From: Nitrospirota bacterium
Lineage (GTDB): Bacteria; Nitrospirota; Thermodesulfovibrionia; Thermodesulfovibrionales; Dissulfurispiraceae
NCBI GenBank assembly: GCA_963710375.1
Contig: CAVPZX010000008.1
Span: 32,001-96,000 of the forward strand
Reading direction: 5' to 3'
DNA: 64,000 nt
Shown: positions 50,253-60,372 of the stretch, piece by piece
How the letters are laid out: every line of letters starts with the position of its first letter
How positions within the stretch are numbered: the stretch's first letter is position 1
Notes under the pieces: model-generated
The model's input: the letters and a program-made list of their open reading frames with translations, nothing else
Told to the model about the DNA's origin: nothing
Databases searched by the model: none
Translations under genes and position numbers: made by a program

Positions 50253-50268
50253 AGCAATTACTATGCCA
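50253..50268 (-). promoter_or_regulatory. Putative sigma54 (-24/-12) promoter upstream of cheV
   Basis: TGGCATAGTAATTGCT, GG-N10-GC spacing. Confidence 0.5.
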
Positions 50269-50367
50269 GAGGAGACAATGTTCTATCTTCTTGATTTGTT
50301 AGGATTTCTGAGGAATATCACACAGTACGGATATGGATAAATTCCAATGTCTATGGAAAACTTACAT

Positions 50368-51558
50368 TTAAGATAAATCCATACCTTCAGTTCCGCGCTC
50401 AGCCAGCGGGAGAGTGACTATTACTTTCACCCCTTCGCCCGGCATCGGTATGAGCTCGATCTTGCCGTAATTTTTTCGCGCCGCCAGCCGCGCTATAGGC
50501 AGACCGAAACCGGTACCCCCTTCTTTGAGCGAAAAGAAGGGAGAAAAAAGCTTTTCCATGTCCTCCTCACGAGGAGGCGTACCTGTATTGAAAAGTTCTA
50601 TCAGCAAGACATTACGCCCATGGGATCCGGGATAAGAACATATTTTAATACGGGCATTGTCTGGGTTGACGGCCTCAAGGCTATTCTGTAGCAGGTAATA
50701 AAAAAGATAATTAATGTCCTTTGCGCTGCCCATAACAGTCGGGAATGCCGGATCAAGTTCTATATCAATCTTTACATGAGCATACTGTTTTTCAGCCTGC
50801 AGTATTGCGAGCGCATTCCTGATGCATTCTTCGAGTACAACTGCGTCGGGTTGAGGTTCCTCATTAAGAATATCGATATACCGTATTATATCGGGCACCA
50901 TATGCTCCAGACGCATGTTCTCGACCATCAGAGATTCATAAGTATTGTAAAGGGGGTCGCTTGCAGCAACACTTCTCTGAAGTCTCTTAATATTGCCGCC
51001 GATTATTGTTACCGGATTTCTGATCGCGTCGGCTATCCCTTTGACGACCTCGAGTTCGCATCGTGTTGTGGCCTCTATATACGCGCTCGTCTCGACAAGC
51101 AGGCAAAAGTCCAGCAACTTATCAATGGTCTGCAAAATCTCTCCTGCCGCTTCAGCCGGAATATGGGCTGGAACACTGGAAAGAACGATACGATGGCAGA
51201 ACTGGCGGACAATGGAAAATCCGAGATTGGTGTAACGCTGATCGAGATTTACCTCAACATGCCTCAATCCGATCCGCCACAGACGTGCTAAAAAATCCTC
51301 ACCAGGCCTTCCTTCAAAGAGTGATTCAAACCACTGCGCCCATGCATTCAGAAGAAAACCGGGATGCTCCGACTGGCCAAGGATTATTCTCGTCTCTGCC
51401 ATTGCAGAAAAAAACTCATGCATGTAACGGGCAAACTCATGCTTCCTACCGATAAAAAAATCCCTGAACGGTGATAACTTTTGGAGCTCATTTTCATCTA
51501 TGGTAAGCTGTTTCAGAAGTGTCTGAAGTTTTTCATACGGAACAGGATTATTCAGCAC
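50368..51558 (-). CDS. Protoglobin-like sensor domain fused to a histidine-kinase-like HisKA/HATPase_c module
   Basis: RIGLRHVEVNLDQRY globin-sensor-like segment; LLQNSLEA, FSPFFSLKEGGTGFGL; GTG start after AGGAGG. Confidence 0.78.
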   Translation of the reverse strand: MLNNPVPYEKLQTLLKQLTIDENELQKLSPFRDFFIGRKHEFARYMHEFFSAMAETRIILGQSEHPGFLLNAWAQWFESLFEGRPGEDFLARLWRIGLRHVEVNLDQRYTNLGFSIVRQFCHRIVLSSVPAHIPAEAAGEILQTIDKLLDFCLLVETSAYIEATTRCELEVVKGIADAIRNPVTIIGGNIKRLQRSVAASDPLYNTYESLMVENMRLEHMVPDIIRYIDILNEEPQPDAVVLEECIRNALAILQAEKQYAHVKIDIELDPAFPTVMGSAKDINYLFYYLLQNSLEAVNPDNARIKICSYPGSHGRNVLLIELFNTGTPPREEDMEKLFSPFFSLKEGGTGFGLPIARLAARKNYGKIELIPMPGEGVKVIVTLPLAERGTEGMDLS

Positions 51559-51574
51559 AGACCTCCTTAAAGAC

Positions 51575-51663
51575 AAAGGCAGGTTAAGGCTCAGGTTAAG
51601 GTTAAGAAATGACAACAAGACTGTTAGTTTTTTTCTACTTAACCTTAACCTTAACCTGTCTTT
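51575..51663. repeat. Hexamer-repeat hairpin element, copy 2
   Basis: AAAGGC-AGGTTA-AGGCTC-AGGTTA-AGGTTA ... TAACCT-TAACCT-TAACCT-GTCTTT. Confidence 0.82.
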
Positions 51664-51664
51664 A

Positions 51665-54338
51665 CTACGTAGCTCCGCAACATTTTTTGTATTTCTTCCC
51701 GCTCCCGCAAGGGCAGGGATCGTTCCTTCCCACCTTCCTATCCTTATGCACCGGCTGCCGCGGCTCATCCCCTGCTCCCCGGTTATACACAAGCCGCTGC
51801 TGACGGGGCAGCTCTTTGATCTCTGCTTCTCCCTCATGCTTTACCTGGATCCTGAAGAGCCTCATCAGGACCTCGTTGCTTATACGGTCAGACATATCGG
51901 CGAACAACTCAAAGGCCTCTTTTTTATATTCCACAAGAGGGTCCTTTTGAGCATAACCCCTCAGCCCGATACCCTCTTTGAGGTGGTCTATGCCAAGGAG
52001 GTGGTCTTTCCACTGGGTGTCGATCACCTGCAGGAGAATCACCTTCTCCATATAGCGAAGCACCTCGGCGCCCGAGTCCTTTTCCTTCTGATCATACAGT
52101 GCCTTCACCGCTGCAGAAATGGTATCAAACAGTTCATTACGGTTTAGCGGCAGGTCAGGCTGAATGTTTATGGAGAAGGTCCCGTAGAGCGCATCCTTGA
52201 GACCGTTCATGTCCCATTCCCCGCTGTCGACATTCTCAGGGCAGAAAACAGAGATGAACCCGTCAATCTCACCATCAATCAAATCCAGTATCCTGTCCTT
52301 CAGAGACTCCCGCTGCAATACCTCCAGCCTGAACGAATAGATTTCCTTGCGCTGCTTGTTCATTACATCATCATATTCGAGCAGGTGCTTTCTGATATCG
52401 AAATTATGAGCTTCCACTCTTTTCTGTGAATTCTCTATTGCCCTCGACACCATTTTGTTCTCAATGGGAATGTCCTCCTCCATTTTAAGGAGATTCATCA
52501 GACCGCTTATCCTGTCGGAGCCGAAAATGCGCATGAGGTCGTCCTCAAGGGACAAGTAAAACCGCGATGACCCGGGGTCTCCCTGTCTTCCAGACCTGCC
52601 TCTAAGCTGGTTGTCTATACGCCGTGCCTCGTGGCGTTCAGTACCGATTATATGGAGCCCGCCTGCGCCGATGACCTGCTGTTTCTCCTGCTCGCAAATC
52701 CCCTTTGCTTTTTGGAGGGCCTCGGCGAACTCTTCTTCGCTGTAATCAGCTTTGTCCTTCAGCAGTTGCCTCGCAAGGCCGTCGGGATTGCCGCCTAGGA
52801 CGATATCAGTCCCCCTGCCCGCCATGTTCGTCGCAATAGTGACCCCGCCAAGCCGCCCAGCCTGTGCAACAATCTCAGCTTCATTCTCATGGTATTTGGC
52901 GTTGAGCACCGAATGCTTAACGCCTTTCTTCTTCAGCAAACTGCTCAGCAGTTCCGATTTCTCTATCGAGGTGGTGCCAACAAGCGCCGGCTGACCATTC
53001 TTATGGCACTCCTCGATCTCCTGTATAACGGCATCGAATTTCGCCCTATGCGTCTTGTAGATCACGTCCGGGAAGTCCGGTCTTATCAAGGGCTGGTTTG
53101 TGGGTATTACCACCACGTCGAGATTATATATCTCGGCAAATTCTGCAGCCTCTGTGTCAGCCGTACCGGTCATGCCTGAAAGCTTGTTGTACATTCTGAA
53201 GAAATTCTGGAAAGTGATAGTAGCGAGAGTCTGGTTTTCGCTCGCAATCTTGACGCCCTCTTTTGCCTCAATGGCCTGGTGCAGCCCGTCACTCCACCGC
53301 CTGCCCGGCATAATCCTTCCCGTAAACTCGTCAACGATGATCACCTCACCGTCTTTCACCACATATTCTACGTCCCTCTTGTAAAGGTGGTGCGCCCTGA
53401 GGCCTTGAAGCACATGATGGACAAGTTCGATATTGGACGGATCATAGAGGTTGCTTACCCCGAGCATGCCTCTCCACTTTAGAGTTGCCGGCGTCGGTAA
53501 GAATGACCGTCTTCAGCTTCTCGTCGATTTTAAAATCAACCTCTGCCTTAAGTGAGGGGACAATGCGGTTTACCTTATAATATTTATCTGTTGACTCCTC
53601 AGAGGGTCCCGATATGATGAGCGGTGTCCTCGCCTCATCGATCAGGATGCTGTCTACCTCGTCAACGATTCCGTAGTTCAGTTCCCGCTGACAGTAATCC
53701 GAAAAATCGTATTTCATGTTATCCCTGAGATAATCAAAACCAAATTCATTGTTGGTGCCGTATGTGATATCGGCGAGATAGGCTTCTTTCCGTTCGCAGG
53801 GCCTCAGGTTGTTAAAGCGCTTGTCATTAGATAGGTATGCCGGGTCGAAGAGAAAAGAAGCGTCGTTCTGAATAACACCCAAGGAAAGGCCGAGGAAATG
53901 ATAGAGATTCCCCATCCACTGGGCATCTCTTTTCGCGAGATAATCGTTCACCGTTATCACATGCACGCCTCTGCCGCCGAGAGCATTTAAATAGACCGGT
54001 AACGTGGCTACAAGGGTCTTACCTTCCCCTGTCTTCATCTCGGAAATCATGCCCTCGTGCAGCACCATCCCGCCTATAAGCTGGACATCGAAGTGCCTCA
54101 TTTTCAAAGTGCGGCGAGACACCTCCCGAACAGTTGCAAAGGCATCCTTCAGGATATCGTCAAGGGATTGGCCGTTCTCCAGCCGGCGCTTGAATTCGTC
54201 TGTTTTTGCCGCGAGTTCAGTATCATTTAATGCGGCGACAGAGGGTTCCAGGGCGTTGATTTCATCTACTACTGCAAAAAACCTTTTGAGTACCCGCTCG
54301 TTCTTCGTGCCAAATATTTTTTTCAAAAAAGCGACCAT
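51665..54338 (-). CDS. secA: Preprotein translocase subunit SecA, +1 frameshift near 53468
   Basis: [56 protein letters not shown]. Confidence 0.97.
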
Positions 54339-54436
54339 GTCTTTTATACTAACAACTAGACTCAATTTCTGCAAGCAATGCAGAACAAGGACGACCCCCT
54401 GCTCTCAGGAGTTCCATCTCTCAGATTAGCCGTTGA

Positions 54437-54805
54437 CTAAAGTCTCTTCGATGTGGCGGCGTTATCCGTTTTAAATATATTGGCGAACCGTTCATCAACG
54501 ATTTCTTGTATGCCTTTATCCAACGATTCATACTTGATTAAGAATTCTCTGGCGTCTTCGGTGAGAACGGCGCCGCCGCCATTCCTGCCGCCCGTCTGCC
54601 GCTCAATAAGTCTGAACCCAAGCCTTTCTTCCATAGCCTTTATATATCCCCAAGCCTTTCTGTACGATATTTTGATCTCCTTGGCCGCCTGATTTATAGA
54701 GCCATATTTATCAATTGCCTCCAGCAGAAACCTTCTGCCTCTGCCAAAGACAGGCTTTCCGTCCACCTCGATCCATATCTTTGATTTAATCTTTATATCC
54801 ATCAT
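54437..54805 (-). CDS. ModE-family winged-helix regulator (N-terminal domain only)
   Basis: FGRGRRFLLEAIDKYGSINQAA, SYRKAW, RQTGGRNGGGAVLT. Confidence 0.88.
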   Translation of the reverse strand: MMDIKIKSKIWIEVDGKPVFGRGRRFLLEAIDKYGSINQAAKEIKISYRKAWGYIKAMEERLGFRLIERQTGGRNGGGAVLTEDAREFLIKYESLDKGIQEIVDERFANIFKTDNAATSKRL

Positions 54806-54810
54806 TCATC

Positions 54811-54833
54811 CGTTATGGAATATATGCATAACG
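54811..54833. promoter_or_regulatory. ModE-box-like palindrome
   Basis: CGTTATG-N9-CATAACG directly upstream of the ModE-like gene. Confidence 0.7.
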
Positions 54834-54837
54834 CATA

Positions 54838-55461
54838 TCAAAAAATATCCTTCCCGATATGCTCATAATATCCTGAACCCGCACAGGGTCTGCACAAGAC
54901 CTTCCCGTCCTTGTAAACTTCCCTCAAGTCCTGAACGTACTCGCCGCAGGAATCGCACTTAATCCTGCTCAACGGTCTTCCCGGCATATCTTCAGGATTC
55001 ATCTTCACATGCACTTCCATTAAGTGAAAGAGCTCATCGTCCGGCATGATTTTGTATGCCTCAAGCTGGGCCTCATACTTGTTCCCGGGCTCCGGTAAAT
55101 ACTCCTTTGCATTCTGCCGTGACTCCTCGTTCGCAATGACTCTTACCGCCCTACCCGTCTCGATGTTCAGGAATGTTGCGGCCATTTTCCCGTAGTCCAT
55201 GAACTTCATCGTCCTGCGGCCAAGGCTGCACCCGGTGACAGACTGGACAGCGTCAGTCGCGCACCTGTCCATTTCGACATAGACAATGATGCTTTTCCTG
55301 TCTTTTCCCTTGGGATCCGAAATTCCTATCTCTCTGAGCCCGAGCACGGACATTCTTACCCCCAGCACCTGTCCTGGGCAGAGGTGCCCATGAGTCCTCA
55401 CTGATTCCTGCAGAAGCTTCTCGAAATCAGTTATGTCCACTGTTGCAGCGATTGTCTTCAT
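54838..55461 (-). CDS. FmdE family protein with C-terminal zinc finger
   Basis: [39 protein letters not shown]. Confidence 0.9.
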   Translation of the reverse strand: MKTIAATVDITDFEKLLQESVRTHGHLCPGQVLGVRMSVLGLREIGISDPKGKDRKSIIVYVEMDRCATDAVQSVTGCSLGRRTMKFMDYGKMAATFLNIETGRAVRVIANEESRQNAKEYLPEPGNKYEAQLEAYKIMPDDELFHLMEVHVKMNPEDMPGRPLSRIKCDSCGEYVQDLREVYKDGKVLCRPCAGSGYYEHIGKDIF

Positions 55462-55580
55462 TTAATTAACTCCCTATAAAATCCATTACATTACCCGTAG
55501 TACCGGGCAGTACTTAGTAAAAACTACTCTCTATAGTTTGACGGAAAAATTCTTTTTTTGCAACACAATCTCACGGGCAC

Positions 55581-58500
55581 TCAGAATTCTATGGCCTGTT
55601 TCCCCTCTGAGGTTTCCACTGTGAATTCGTCAAAATAAATGACTGAATCGGACTTCGTCCAGAGCCCGACGAATCCATGCAATGTGGTATCCGCCCTGTG
55701 CTCAAGCACCTGCTCGCCGTTTAGCGATCCCTTCAACGTGTCTCCATCGATCTCAACACTGAGCCTGTGCCATACGCCAGTCTCTATATTTTTCCGGACA
55801 CTGCAGCGAGCAATCCTGCGCCCGTTCCTGTATTCGAAAAGGACCACATCACCCTTGAGCGCATTTGTCCTGAGCACAAAATAATTATCTATATTTTTTA
55901 TGGCAACGGCTATGCCGGCTGCCCTGTCGATATTGCCGGCCAGGGGCTTGATTTTTACATGAACCGCGCCACTCGATATTTCGATGCCCTTTGCTACAGC
56001 CATCGGGAAATAATAGTATGCCTCCATCGTGTCGAGGAAATCGCGATACGCATTGCCCACTACTTTACCCACGAGTCCGGAAAGCCCCGAAGCCACCCTC
56101 CGTCCCCAGCGGGAGCCGTCATGCATGCAGCAGTTCCGTCCATCCACGGTGAGCCGTTTCCAGTGCCCGCCCTGAACGTAGAAATTGCGCAGCTCATCGT
56201 CCCGCCTGCCGGCAAGGAAGTCGTAGTTGCCCTTGAAAAACTCCTCCGTGTATACGGCCAGCACATCCTGATTCGAAAGCGTCATGTCCAGCAGGCGGCA
56301 CGAGGCCAACAATCCTGCAGTAAGGGCAAGCCGTTCTTCAGTCGCTCTTCTGTCGAACCTCGAAAATGAAGCCCCTACAAGGTCGCCCTTAAGCGCTACG
56401 GTAAACCCCATCCGTTCCAGTATATCGCTGATCAGCCGCGCTCTGAGGGACCGGCCGTAATAATTTCCGGCGCCGCCAGAAAACTCAAGGGAGATATAAT
56501 TATGAGAGCTGCTCTCGCCGCATAATGTGTCTATCGTAGCAAAGTGATACGCGAACCTGGCATTCATGTTCAGGTAATCGCTCGAAATAAGGGCGTAGCT
56601 TTCTCCCGTGCCCTGTTCGCCCAATTCCGAAGTGGCAGTAACAGCAAGCAGGCCGGCAAGTTTGCTGCCACCCAAATTCATCGTGCCTTCCCAGTTTACC
56701 CCCGGGTGTGTAAAGCCTTTCCATACAGCCAGCATGGGAACTGATTTTATGGAGTCCGGGGGCACATACCCGGAATCGGCAAATCCCTCCTTTAAACCGC
56801 CGCCCATGTCGATAAGCCTGATAGACAGCGGGATACTCGATATCAGCTCCACCGATGATTTTGAAGAGCCTGCATGGCCGGAGATACCGAACATTGAGCG
56901 GACCGCCATTTCATGTGTATATCGTATTATATCGTGATACGTAGCGCAACCCTCAGGAGCAAATTGCGGGGCTTCAGGATCGGTCAGCCGGAGGGGCGAT
57001 ATCTTGTCGATGATATCTCTCGTCAACCGGTGGACCGGACTGTCGAACATTGGATTCCGCGCAGGCCGCATCTCCTTTGCAAGCGACTCCACAACACCTT
57101 TATATACTGTAGCGTCTGTTGCGGACATGGTGATGATCTCGCCATTGGTGAGGAAACCGGTGGCAATTCCGGTATCGACAAGCGCCGGTATCCCGAATTC
57201 GCGCGCAACTGATGACATGTGGCTCGTGGCGCTTCCGATATCGGTGATAATTCCCCTCACCCTTCCCATAACCGCTGCCAACTTGGGAGACGCTGTCCTG
57301 GATATCAGGATTGCATCACCCGGGACCTGATTCAGGTCACCGACCTTTTCCACAATGTAAACCCTGCCGGTCGCAACACCGGGTGAAGCAGTAATTCCCC
57401 CGGAAAAAATAACCGGACTGTCGATAAAATTATGCCCCCGGTCTCCCGTAACTATATTGGGCAGATGAAGCGGGCGCGACTGAAGAATATAAAATGACCC
57501 GTTAGCATCCAGGGCCCATTCGACGTCCTGCGGCGACGAGAAAAATTCCTCGATACGCAATCCCCAATCGGCCAGGGCAATAACCTGTGCATCATCAAGA
57601 GAGGAAACAGCGGCCTCATCCGCACCGATCCCCTCAACCAGGACGCCTCCGCTTTCAAGGCTCACCAGCCGAGTGGTCTTTGCTGCAATGTGGCGTTCGA
57701 GAATATTCAGCGTCTCTCTCCCTATAACAAAAATATCGGGCGAGGCGCTCCCGTCAACGAGATGCTCTCCGACACCCCAAAGTGAATTGATCCTCATGGT
57801 GCTGGACTGGGGCGAAAGAGGATCAACTGAATAGAGCACCCCGCTCGCTTTCGAGTCGATCATGACAATTCCGATAACGCACATAGGCGTCTCTCGGTCG
57901 AAAAGCCCGTGCTGCTGCCGGTACGTAATGGCCTGCACCGAGTACTTGCTCGCAATAACGCGCTTGTACGCGTCAAGAATATCTCCCTTGTTTATGTTAA
58001 GCACAGTTTCGTACTGGCCTGCGAAACTCGCCTCGGCATCTTCGCCAACGGCGCTGCTTCTCATTGCTATGCGCACTCCGGCATGGGTAGCCTTCTCAAG
58101 CATAGCGTACGCGCCCAGTATTTCCTTTTCGAGCAGCGGAGGCACCTCAGCATCGAGAAAAACACGCCTGAGCCGGACGCCCGCCTTTGCTAGATCAGCT
58201 GTCGAACCGGAAGAGATTCTTACAAATTCCTCTTTCAGGTATCTGCTCAGCCCGTTGTGCTCCACAAAGTAGTCAAAAGCACGGGCCGTGACGGAAAAAG
58301 CAGGGGGCACAGGCAGCCCAATAAGATTATGTATCGCGGCAAGATTGGCGGCCTTCCCGCCCACGATCTTTCTCATATCAGGAGTAATCGATTCAAACGG
58401 CAAAATAAACCTCATGTCCCCGGAATTGCAGTACGGATTGAAATAGTGAAAAAGACCCTCGTCCAGTCCGCTGACCTTTTCAGATAATCCGTCTATGTCT

Positions 58501-58760
58501 CTCCCGGACAGTGCGCCATAAGCGTAGAGGATGCCGGTTACGGCCTCAAGTAGTTCCTCATACTTTATTCTTATAGTGGTTAGACTGAAAGGTTTGCCGC
58601 TGTAATAGAGCTGTTCCATGTCGGCAATCGCGGTAAGCGCGGTTTTGTTGTGGCTGAGAAGATGCCTGAAAGACCGGTATTTTGCTGCGATATCTCCTTC
58701 TGCCGCTTTCCGGGGTACATGTCCCTTTCCACGTGAAAAGATTCCGCGTAATTTTTTCAT
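55581..58760 (-). CDS. PEP-synthase/PPDK-like nucleotide-binding + phospho-His domain protein with a non-canonical C-terminus
   Basis: VGGKAANL, RSSAVGED..SFAGQ, QDVEWA, ILQSRP, TSHMSSVAREFGIP. Confidence 0.88.
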   Translation of the reverse strand: MKKLRGIFSRGKGHVPRKAAEGDIAAKYRSFRHLLSHNKTALTAIADMEQLYYSGKPFSLTTIRIKYEELLEAVTGILYAYGALSGRDIDGLSEKVSGLDEGLFHYFNPYCNSGDMRFILPFESITPDMRKIVGGKAANLAAIHNLIGLPVPPAFSVTARAFDYFVEHNGLSRYLKEEFVRISSGSTADLAKAGVRLRRVFLDAEVPPLLEKEILGAYAMLEKATHAGVRIAMRSSAVGEDAEASFAGQYETVLNINKGDILDAYKRVIASKYSVQAITYRQQHGLFDRETPMCVIGIVMIDSKASGVLYSVDPLSPQSSTMRINSLWGVGEHLVDGSASPDIFVIGRETLNILERHIAAKTTRLVSLESGGVLVEGIGADEAAVSSLDDAQVIALADWGLRIEEFFSSPQDVEWALDANGSFYILQSRPLHLPNIVTGDRGHNFIDSPVIFSGGITASPGVATGRVYIVEKVGDLNQVPGDAILISRTASPKLAAVMGRVRGIITDIGSATSHMSSVAREFGIPALVDTGIATGFLTNGEIITMSATDATVYKGVVESLAKEMRPARNPMFDSPVHRLTRDIIDKISPLRLTDPEAPQFAPEGCATYHDIIRYTHEMAVRSMFGISGHAGSSKSSVELISSIPLSIRLIDMGGGLKEGFADSGYVPPDSIKSVPMLAVWKGFTHPGVNWEGTMNLGGSKLAGLLAVTATSELGEQGTGESYALISSDYLNMNARFAYHFATIDTLCGESSSHNYISLEFSGGAGNYYGRSLRARLISDILERMGFTVALKGDLVGASFSRFDRRATEERLALTAGLLASCRLLDMTLSNQDVLAVYTEEFFKGNYDFLAGRRDDELRNFYVQGGHWKRLTVDGRNCCMHDGSRWGRRVASGLSGLVGKVVGNAYRDFLDTMEAYYYFPMAVAKGIEISSGAVHVKIKPLAGNIDRAAGIAVAIKNIDNYFVLRTNALKGDVVLFEYRNGRRIARCSVRKNIETGVWHRLSVEIDGDTLKGSLNGEQVLEHRADTTLHGFVGLWTKSDSVIYFDEFTVETSEGKQAIEF

Positions 58761-58796
58761 GTCAGGCGACCTTCATAACAAAGAGAAAAGTCCATT

Positions 58797-59300
58797 TCAT
58801 GTATCTTTCATATACAGGGAAAGAGTATTCTTCACTTCATCCCGCAGTCTCCTGAAAGTAGATTTCAGCCCAAAGCATGATCCCTCCGCAATCATGGTGG
58901 AGGAAAAGGGGTCACGGAAAATCACATGATCTTTCCGTTCGCAGGCGGGGAGATCCGGGCAGACCTTTTCCACATCGGAACAGAGGACCACCACCCTGTC
59001 GAAACAGCAGCCCTTGAAAACATCGACATGCTTCGAAAAAGACCCGCCCATGTCTATCCCGATCTCCCTCATTACCTTGATCACGTCTTTCGGAACTTCC
59101 ATAGGCATGACACCTGCAGAAAATGCCGTCCACACACCGCTTAAAAAGTGATTGACGATCCCTTCCGCCATCTGGGAGCGAACAGCATTACCTGTACACA
59201 CGAATAAGATGGTTTTAAGCCCCGATGCCCTCGCCTTTTCAAACCGGTCCACCTCTTTTCGTGTCTCATTATTCAGGTTATCGTTCTTCGGCATATGCAT
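58797..59300 (-). CDS. Thioredoxin-coupled arsenate reductase / LMW-PTP family protein
   Basis: CTGNAVRSQMAEG P-loop; VLCSDVEKVCP resolving cysteines; DP motif. Confidence 0.82.
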   Translation of the reverse strand: MHMPKNDNLNNETRKEVDRFEKARASGLKTILFVCTGNAVRSQMAEGIVNHFLSGVWTAFSAGVMPMEVPKDVIKVMREIGIDMGGSFSKHVDVFKGCCFDRVVVLCSDVEKVCPDLPACERKDHVIFRDPFSSTMIAEGSCFGLKSTFRRLRDEVKNTLSLYMKDT

Positions 59301-59406
59301 ACATGAGCACCCTGTAACACCTGAGGCACCTGCCTGCCTCTGCTACCGCCTCTTCGGAAGTGAACCCCTCATCGACCTCGCGAGACGGTATCTCATCATC
59401 TCGCAC
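59278..59406 (-). CDS. 42 aa ORF or gene remnant resembling the C-terminal tail of GltD-like flavoproteins
   Basis: Manual translation EVDEGFTSEEAVAEAGRCLRCYRVLMYAY; below the ORF-track size cutoff. Confidence 0.5.
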   Translation of the reverse strand: MRDDEIPSREVDEGFTSEEAVAEAGRCLRCYRVLMYAYAEER

Positions 59407-59480
59407 TTATCATTATCGCTGTTTTCCCGCTGCATAGGAAAGAATGCGGGCATGACCCGATTGTCAAGCCCGCGGTAGCG

Positions 59481-60323
59481 CTATTCCGCCTTCGGCTTCA
59501 CCCAGACTAGTAAAGGGCAGAGCTTGCACATGTTGAAGCCAGGATAAGTCTCCCCGGTGCGCGGGAACGATGTGCCGCTGTCCCTCACCGTGCGCTCAAG
59601 CATCCATCGCACGGTCGGTGCCAGTTGGTCGCCGGGCCAGATCCAGTTTATCTCACCCTGTTCCGTCTTCCCCGCGGTATAACTGCCGCTGCACATCGGG
59701 GTTATGTTCGGCTTGTTCGTTATGTAGACAGCCGCTACCCCGTGGCATGCCGAACTGTTCATGGTCATCGTCATCTCGAAGGGATGGATGTCCATCGCAG
59801 CGCACCAGTCATTGCCGAGGTGGTATGACTGAAGCACGTCGCTCATGCCGTGAATTACGTCGGGCTTGAAGCTGGCCTTGTGCAGAGGCGCGGTCGCAAA
59901 CGCCAGCAGTCCCGGTTTCAGCCTTTTCTTTGTCATTACGAACCGCTCCGCCTGCGCCATGTCCTTTGTGTATTTCAGATGGCTTTTTACCTCGCCTTCA
60001 TCAAATTCCTTCCAGCCCCAGACATATTTCGCATTCGAACATCCGAGTTCTTTAATAGCACCCAGGAGTATGTCCCCCCTCTGCCTTGATGCGGCGAGAA
60101 AATGGCAGAAGGTGAATGCGTGAGTGGCGACTTTGTACTGGGAATTTTTTTTGAAATCGGCCAGTTCGTCCTCCGAAAAAAAGAACTTGACCGCAACGGG
60201 ATAGTATTTCATCCTCAGGAGGTTGCGCAGCGAAAATACTATATCCGCATTGCTGAGTTCCTTCTTCTCCAGCATTGCCTTGGCAAAATCGACGTCGTTA
60301 AGCAGCACACTTGTATCAATCAT
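59481..60323 (-). CDS. DUF169-like Cys-containing protein
   Basis: LRMKYYPVAVKF, TFCHFLAASR, LGCSNA, PDVI, SAC, PMCSG. Confidence 0.72.
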   Translation of the reverse strand: MIDTSVLLNDVDFAKAMLEKKELSNADIVFSLRNLLRMKYYPVAVKFFFSEDELADFKKNSQYKVATHAFTFCHFLAASRQRGDILLGAIKELGCSNAKYVWGWKEFDEGEVKSHLKYTKDMAQAERFVMTKKRLKPGLLAFATAPLHKASFKPDVIHGMSDVLQSYHLGNDWCAAMDIHPFEMTMTMNSSACHGVAAVYITNKPNITPMCSGSYTAGKTEQGEINWIWPGDQLAPTVRWMLERTVRDSGTSFPRTGETYPGFNMCKLCPLLVWVKPKAE

Positions 60324-60372
60324 AAGTTATTCTCCTTTTTTTAATTTCTTTGCTTAGTTACGGTCGCCGATA

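Noticed and set aside
41056..51663. Short repeat arrays as CRISPR or iterons
   Set aside because: Units are 6-7 bp, tandem without unique spacers, and no cas or rep gene is present
51559..51837. 93 aa N-terminal extension of the histidine-kinase ORF
   Set aside because: Overlaps the secA 3' end and the hexamer hairpin; a GTG with AGGAGG at 51558 is the better start
51665..54338. secA (and four other split genes) as pseudogenes or programmed frameshifts
   Set aside because: All are single +1 events without slippery sequences or further decay, and secA is essential; most likely sequencing errors
54838..55461. FmdE as evidence of methanogenesis or a formylmethanofuran dehydrogenase operon
   Set aside because: No other fmd/fwd subunits are present, and FmdE-family genes occur alone in many bacteria
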